Shown here one piece after another: positions 57,660 through 64,000 of a stretch of DNA of 64,000 bases; positions within the stretch are counted from its first letter, which is position 1, and each line of letters opens with the position of its first letter. The stretch is from the NCBI RefSeq assembly GCF_003711565.1, contig NC_079534.1:9717991-9781990 (forward strand), read 5' to 3'. A program made the position numbers and the translations under genes. The stretch is from Takifugu flavidus (taxonomy: Eukaryota). The notes beneath the pieces are model-generated. The model saw only the letters and a program-made list of their open reading frames with translations, was not told where the DNA came from and ran no database searches.

Positions 57660-58228
57660 TGGATGACATTTTCTAATTATTAGGATTTGTTCCCTTTTGC
57701 TTAAGGAATAAGGTATATTTTGATGTTCCCTTATTATTTTACAAACACATGCAGGAACATTTTTTTTAAAATAAGGTTAGAAAGAGCCATAAGTCTGTAA
57801 AAAAAAAAAATTGGCTCCAACAAAGTGTAAAACCCAATGTGACTTGCAGTACCAATTAAAGGTTCGATTCCCTTGCAAGTTTTTCCTTTTTTTTGATCCC
57901 ATAAATCAGGCACAGCAGGCATTTGAGCTTTTATTATTACATGTCCTATAGCCAATACCATGTCTAATTAGGATGCAGTTTCATTCATAACGACATCTGC
58001 ACTGCAGTACCATGAAGAAATGTCACAGATGACAAAATTATAACCTGTTTTATAAAGTAGAATACCTAAAATGTTCTTTAACAACACGAAAAATAAACGG
58101 CTGACAGTTGACTTGCAAATGTCTGTATTGTGGATTTAATTCTGCTGTCAACTACAGTATCAACTTTGTCACAACAGCTTATACTAGCAGGTCTGTTTGA
58201 TCCAGTGGTCCTATGGCTGCTTTGGGCT

Positions 58229-58357
58229 TCACTTTTCTCCTGCAGATAATCTTCTCTCGAGTCGGTCCAGCTTGGCCAAATTTTCCTTCAGAAGTTTAGA
58301 ACTGGGATTCAGAAGCAGAGCTCGTTGGTAGTACATCCTGGCTGCAGCGTAGTCTCC
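58229..58357 (-). CDS. tmtc1: Terminal coding exon of a TMTC-family TPR protein (tmtc1-like). GDYAAARMYYQRALLLNPSSKLLKENLAKLDRLERRLSAGEK*.
   Basis: Minus-strand ctgtttgcag acceptor. Stop codon at 58229-58231. TPR-like consensus. Confidence 0.65.
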   Translation of the reverse strand, partial: GDYAAARMYYQRALLLNPSSKLLKENLAKLDRLERRLSAGEK

Positions 58358-58609
58358 CTGCAAACAGTAAGTTCTATTATAAAGGTTGTTACACATTCTT
58401 GCTCATTGAGGGGTCAACTGTAAATCAATTGTGAAAATAAATAATGCATCGATTGTAAAAGTGAATTTCTATCAAACTGCACCGGGCTACAACTGGGCTA
58501 CATTACAGAATAAGGTAGATTTAAATATGAGTGAATATTGGTTGACAGAGGAATACACAACTGAATATCTTTTATTATGTTGATGTTTGGCAAGTTTGAC
58601 TGTTGTTAC

Positions 58610-58687
58610 TTTAATGTGCTGAATTCCTCCCATGTTCATCCAGGCCTGAGACTGGTCAGGTTTGAGCTCCACTGCCAGTTTGTAGCT
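58610..58687 (-). CDS. tmtc1: tmtc1-like exon (SYKLAVELKPDQSQAWMNMGGIQHIK).
   Basis: Minus-strand acceptor ..catactag. Donor GTAACA. 78 nt. In phase with its neighbours. Confidence 0.65.
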
Positions 58688-59539
58688 CTAGTATGAGAAA
58701 ACCAAAACAGACCTTAATTAACTTTATTAGAATGCAGTGTTTTTGAAAAGCTAATGAAAATTAGCTGTCACCAGTTACAACAGGCATCTCTCCTCTTGTA
58801 CATTCTGGAAATACTCACTCACTCCAGAGCCATAGTGACCTTCAACCCCAATGACTCCCAGATTAAGATTCACATCTCCAGCAAAAGCAGAGCTACATTT
58901 GTTATACGAACTGGACTAAACATGACACCAATTTCACACTAAAATTTGCACATCAATGTAGGATTTTCCAACTCATTATTATACCTTTACGTGCTCCAGA
59001 ACACTGTGAGGGAAACATGGACCTCAGCATTTTTGCATCATACATTTTTGTCCCGTTTGCAAAGTAAACAAGCTCAGTGGAAATCAAACAATATCTTAAA
59101 GAAGTGAAGGCGGAGGGAATTTGGTGAATCTGGTAAGATTATAACAGACAACAAATAACTTATTTTGTTGAATTCATTGCTCCAGTTATTGGCCACTAAG
59201 CGAAGGAGTAATTCGTGCAGAATTTGTCTAAAAGCTTTGTTTGAAAACCTCACTGAGACAAAAGGTTATGTGTCCTTGCTCAAAGAGGCTCTCAGGAACT
59301 TCCCAAATCATTCTTGACCAAAGAATCCTCACTAAGAATTTTTAGGCCAAGATAGGAAGGAGATTCTCTGAGAGAATTGTTGTGAATAGGGGTCCAGAAA
59401 TTTTATAATGTTAATAGCACACATGTATAATAAATCACCTAAAATTATCAATCTTTTTTGGGGGGTCATATCCTAGAATACTCATATTATAGAATAATCT
59501 ACTGAAAATTCAGAAGAAGAGAAAGAAAGAGAAAGAGAC

Positions 59540-59662
59540 CTTGAATGCTTGATCCAGCAGGTTCAATTCTCTGAGCTGGTTTCCTTTTGAGAAATACAAC
59601 TCTGCTCTCACTGTCAGATCACCCAGATTCTGCTGGAGGGCCCTGTCCAAAGCACCCAAAGC
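59540..59662 (-). CDS. tmtc1: tmtc1-like exon (ALGALDRALQQNLGDLTVRAELYFSKGNQLRELNLLDQAFK).
   Basis: Minus-strand ctctgtgccag acceptor. GTCTCT donor. 123 nt. Confidence 0.6.
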
Positions 59663-59977
59663 CTGGCACAGAGGTATAATCAGAGCATATTAACACAGAA
59701 GGATCGGTCCGAACAGAACAAGGGAAGTTGTCACAAAATTAGTCAACTGCCTAGTTTGTCCCAAAGCTCAAATAAAGGGCATTTTCTGTGAAGTATTAGC
59801 TCTATACACAGATAAAAACCTATTAACAACAGTTTGTGGTGTAACTGCCAAGGAAGGACGTACTTCTGCTGTCTGTACTTTAAGATTAATATTAAATGTG
59901 TTTGGAAAATGGAATAAGCATGCACATGAACCAACAAAGATTCTATTTACACACCTCTGTATAATTGCCACGCTTAC

Positions 59978-60092
59978 TGTAGATGGCAGAAAGGAGTCGG
60001 TAACATTCAATGCAGCTGATTTCTTTGGATATGATTTCCAGCGTTAGCTTCTCTGCTTCATTGGTATGATCAGCCACAGCTAAAACCTGAGC
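59978..60092 (-). CDS. tmtc1: tmtc1-like exon (AQVLAVADHTNEAEKLTLEIISKEISCIECYRLLSAIY), ends in phase 1.
   Basis: Minus-strand cattgcag acceptor. GTAAGC donor. 115 nt. Confidence 0.6.
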
Positions 60093-60857
60093 CTGCAATG
60101 AAAAAAGTATGTATTTAAATGGATATATAACTAGGTGTAAAAGTATTTAGACAATGATAGCTTTTTGCCATTTAGCCTCAAAGTGCAGCTGTTGAAATAT
60201 GAGACTTTTCAAAAACTATTTATTGCAGATGGGAAGGAATCCGGTTATGTAATAGGTAAATGGAAAATTTTCAATAAATGCCCAATACTCCATAAGAATT
60301 CACCACCCTAATTCCATATTGGCAAGAATTGTTGTAATTTTCTGATAGAGAAAACTCACTCGTGGTCCAGAGTTGAGAGAATAAAAAACTTTTTAATGTG
60401 CACATAGTCCCTCACACAAATACAATCTCATGGAGCAGTCGTTGTGTCAAGACGGGCCCTGTCTTCTGAGGTAAACACTGTTGTGCTCTTGGTCAGATCA
60501 AATGTTCTATAGCAACAGGGTCTGTACCCATGACTTGCAAGGTTGCTTAAGAAATCCTTGATCACTGGATTCTGATGTGTTAGCAAATTAAAGGCCCATA
60601 TCTAACTTTCCTTTACTTTTTTAAAGTGAAAAAGTGAGGAAAAGGTCTGTTTTTTTATTTTCCGGTATTATCTATTGTTGAGAGCTATCAGCTGAAGATA
60701 TCGATGCAAGTGAGTCTGCAATTCAGTCTTGTTGAAATCACCACAACCCCAGTGTTGTGATGAATAAAAGAATTTTCTTAAATGTATCTTGCGAAACCCC
60801 CACTTTACTAGGCAAACAAAGGCAGTTGAAGTGACGTGTTGGTGTGCACATGCTCAC

Positions 60858-61002
60858 AAAAGCCAGCCATATGTCTGTGTTGTCTGGTTGCAGGGTGGTG
60901 GCCTCTCTGTACACCTGTAGGGCTTCCTCATAACGGCCCGTGTTGTAATACAGAGCTCCAAGTGGAGTCAGGATATCCACATTCTTGGTCACCTGCAGGG
61001 CC
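60858..61002 (-). CDS. tmtc1: tmtc1-like TPR exon ((R)ALQVTKNVDILTPLGALYYNTGRYEEALQVYREATTLQPDNTDIWLAF).
   Basis: Minus-strand gcttgtag acceptor. GTGAGC donor. 145 nt. Confidence 0.65.
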
Positions 61003-61639
61003 CTACAAGCACAGACAGAACCTGATGACGATTTTCTTTAGCATGAATTAGCTGTTGTATGAAAGTGACACAAGCATAGAAAATAATTTAAAAAACATAA
61101 GAGTTCATCAGGCATCAGCATTCATGACTACCACATGTAAAACGTTATTCCAAGGTTTGATCCTGACCCACTCATCAAACAGTACGGATCAGCTTTACTC
61201 CACTACGTTCGGAAAAGTTATTTAAAGGCATATAGTTAAAACAAATAGAGGATGTTATTTCCTACCTCCTGACTGACTCTAGTTCATTTTTACAGCATAT
61301 TCTGTTTGCATGTAAAGTAAACATAGATCTACTTTCGCTCCATAATACTTAGATTTCTTTCTGCCACCCATTTCATTAACATTCTACTGAACCGGGGAGT
61401 TTTGAGAAGATTTAGTCATGTCGTATGACAAAAACTTGATAATTAGTCCTAGATTTTTGTGAAAATGCATTAAAAACACACAAAAAACTGTGCAACACAG
61501 TTGAGTGACAGAGGTTCATTACAAAGGCGGTCAAACTGATCTAAAAATTTTGATATACCACTTAAAATGTTCATTTGTTTACTGATTTCTGTTTTTAATT
61601 GGAAATTAATGAATAGAAAACTGAACTGTATTTGTTCCT

Positions 61640-61897
61640 TATATATATATATCTATATCTAGATATAGATATAGATATCGCCCTCCTGGGCGGTGCCTCC
61701 TTCCTTCAGACTCAGGTCCTCTACCAGAGGCCTGGGAGTCTGAGGGTCCTGCGCAGAACCCTTCTTATATATATATATATACGGTATATGAACTTTGTTC
61801 CTGTGAAAAATGAATGATGCTTCCTCCCCATACTCTATTGCTGGGATTCCATAGGGTTCTTTTTATATATACTGTATATATACAGTATATATATATA

Positions 61898-61932
<35 letters not shown>

Positions 61933-61935
61933 TCT
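61640..61935. repeat. (AT)n / (TATAGA)n microsatellite blocks.
   Basis: Seen directly in sequence. Confidence 0.85.
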
Positions 61936-62104
61936 TTGGGCCCTCTCATGGCTCCCTCTCATTCCCCCCTCCAAGAATACAAGTAAAAGAGAAAGAGGGA
62001 AATCAGGATTTAATCAGTCTAAACTACTGGTATGCCTATTATATTTAGAATATAGTAGCATTAAATAGTGGTACCAACCCAACCCTACATGATGATTTAC
62101 TCAC

Positions 62105-62240
62105 CTCTTGTACCAAAATTCTGCATCTTGGTTTTTGTTATTTAGCCTTAGGAGACGGCCTAGGTTTACCATGGCAATGTAGTGAGTTGGTTTCAGTCTG
62201 ATAGCCTGCTGGTAGTGATCAACCGCCATCTCGTCCTCTC
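62105..62240 (-). CDS. tmtc1: tmtc1-like TPR exon ((G)EDEMAVDHYQQAIRLKPTHYIAMVNLGRLLRLNNKNQDAEFWYK(R)).
   Basis: Minus-strand ctttcttccag acceptor. GTGAGT donor. 136 nt. Confidence 0.65.
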
Positions 62241-63736
62241 CTGGAAGAAAGGATGTTAGGAAATGACCTGAATGCACGAAGAAGCAAGAAACACAGCAGA
62301 GCTGAGATTTATGCTTGGTGAATCAACACATTACTGACCATGTCGAGACTCTTCATATATCAGATTCTAACATGAAGACTCAGAATTTTGTTATTTTATT
62401 GAACCATTTTCATAAAGGCTCATTGTATTTTGTGACTTCTGAGAAATAAATGTTAAAGACTTATTTTCCTATAAAACACCAGTGTAATTTATTCGATTAA
62501 TTGCTAATAACAAATAAAAATAAAGAAATAAATCTGTATCGCAATACTTTATTGCTCAGACTTCTGCTGGAGAGGATACCTTTACAGACCTAAAGCAAAT
62601 TTAATTGAAGGCCCCTGCAAAGACTCCTTTTCACCAGATCATAGTGTCTTGTTACATAGAGAAGCATCAGGATTAAGTGATTGAACTTTGTTCCTGTGAA
62701 AAATGAATGATGCTTCCTCCCCATACTCTATTGCTGGGATTCCATAGGGTTCTTTTTTTTAACATCTTTGCATCACTAAGGAAATATTATTTGACAAAAT
62801 GTCATTTTTATATCTAAACTGATGATTCTCGGCTGTATGAAGTCAGAAGATACCCAGCTGTCAAATGTCAGGCTTGTCTTAAAAACACTAATCACGTTGA
62901 CCTAATAAAGCCACTCTAAAAAACCATAGTTAAACTGTATTTGGCTCCAAACCCTAGACAGACCAGCAAACGTTACTTTGAAAGTAAAGTTCATGTCGTA
63001 TATTTAGCAATTTTCAAGGATCACTTTTATTGAAGATTAGGACTATCTTGTCACAAAAGGATGGTTGGAACAGGATTGACTACAGTAATCCACTGGTCTA
63101 AATAATTGATTGAAAAACTAAATAAACATCAATTAAAATAAATATGAATTAACAAGAGATCATACTTTAAACCTACTGGATTCGCTTCCTTTAGTGCCCA
63201 TAAATTGAGAAAACACACTTAAATACTAATCTTCATATATAATGCCATTAGAGTCCAAACCCACTGATGATCTCACCAAAGTATCCCAGCAATCTGCCCC
63301 GCTCTCAGTGTGTTGGTGTGTTACTCATGATTCCTCAGATCTTTACTTCCTGTCTAGCAGTTTAGTTTAACCAAATGAGTTCCTGATAAGAAAATGTTCT
63401 TCCATTTCATTTGTTCCTACAAACATGTTAAAAAAGACTGATGAGTGAGTGTAAGAGGTGTGCAGCTTGTCTGCTGTAACAGAGCAAGATGTCTTCTCAG
63501 TAGACTGGACTAAAGTCCTTTCATGAGTAGATGACTTCCCGCAATCCATCAATTAATTTGTAAAAAACTTAAAATGAAAACAAAAAATCTAAATGACTTA
63601 AGCAAAAACAAAAACAACAATTAACAATAAAAGCATATAAATAACTACAATAAAATGCAACATATCAAACTGGATTAATCAAAGCAAAAATCATGCATGA
63701 GGTCTATCAAAAAATGATCTACTGAAATTGTCTGAC

Positions 63737-63839
63737 CTGTATCCACAAGGAAGACCCCGTAGTTATTATGGAGGTCAGAGTTTTCAGGACACCTTCCTAT
63801 TCCTTTCAGATAGATTTCTTTGGCTTCGGCAAAACGTTT
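63737..63839 (-). CDS. tmtc1: tmtc1-like TPR exon (KRFAEAKEIYLKGIGRCPENSDLHNNYGVFLVDT(G)).
   Basis: Minus-strand tttttacag acceptor. GTCAGA donor. 103 nt. Confidence 0.65.
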
Positions 63840-63942
63840 CTGTAAAAATGAGACAGTATAACACAATTACACCGTGGAGGATCTGCACCAAACGTTCTTT
63901 AACAGCACAAGGTTCAGAATTAGGAATTTCTGGGGGTTTCAC

Positions 63943-64000
63943 CTGCTCAGCATAGAGAGATGCCAGGCTGGAGTAGGCATCCGCAAAATATGGTCCAAAA
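63943..64000 (-). CDS. tmtc1: tmtc1-like TPR exon, truncated by the window end (..FGPYFADAYSSLASLYAEQ).
   Basis: Minus-strand GTGAAA donor at 63941-63942. The reading frame runs open to the window edge. Confidence 0.55.

Noticed and set aside
1-64000. Reading the ORF track as prokaryotic genes or operons (TTG, GTG and CTG starts; many 60-120 aa ORFs).
   Set aside because: The sequence has eukaryotic exon-intron structure, vertebrate TEs and microsatellites. The alternative-start ORFs are mostly spurious. For example, 32203 starts at TTG inside an exon, and 39908-41026 includes a leader upstream of the real ATG.

Overview
This window reads as vertebrate, most likely teleost, nuclear DNA rather than a prokaryotic locus. 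The evidence is short exons with AG/GT splice signals, long introns and simple repeats. The transposon content fits fish: Tc1-like, pogo-like, Harbinger-like, L2-type LINEs with their characteristic 3' tails, and a Ty3/gypsy element. The ORF track allows TTG/CTG/GTG starts, so most of its short ORFs are artefacts.

The 64 kb window holds four gene regions:
1. A 3' terminal exon of an apolipoprotein-L (APOL)-like gene at 23-1036 on the plus strand.
2. An apparently single, very large plus-strand gene spanning about 4.2-34.2 kb. It has roughly 40 short symmetric exons of 54-87 nt that encode a tandemly repeated, disordered modular protein. Its last small exons are phase-compatible with two terminal exons that encode a second APOL-like pore-forming domain (32199-32613 and 32744-34159), plus a long K/E/R-rich tail.
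3. A complete ttll12 orthologue on the plus strand (14 coding exons, 41993-57659).
4. The 3' half of a TPR gene on the minus strand (8 exons found, 58229 to beyond 64000), consistent with tmtc1. It is convergent with ttll12.

The introns of the repeat gene and the 35-41 kb intergenic interval are packed with nested transposable elements:
- A Ty3/gypsy LTR element (about 17.2-25.6 kb, minus strand) that was later invaded by LINEs and a Harbinger-like element.
- A pogo/Tigger-like DNA transposon in two inverted copies plus a related MITE.
- A Tc1-like element with an intact transposase ORF, next to a 1.63 kb tandem duplication whose breakpoint lies inside the Tc1.
- Several L2-type LINE fragments.

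The most unusual object is the modular repeat gene fused to an APOL domain. It includes a nearly perfect 979-bp tandem duplication of a three-exon unit at 26.1-28.0 kb.
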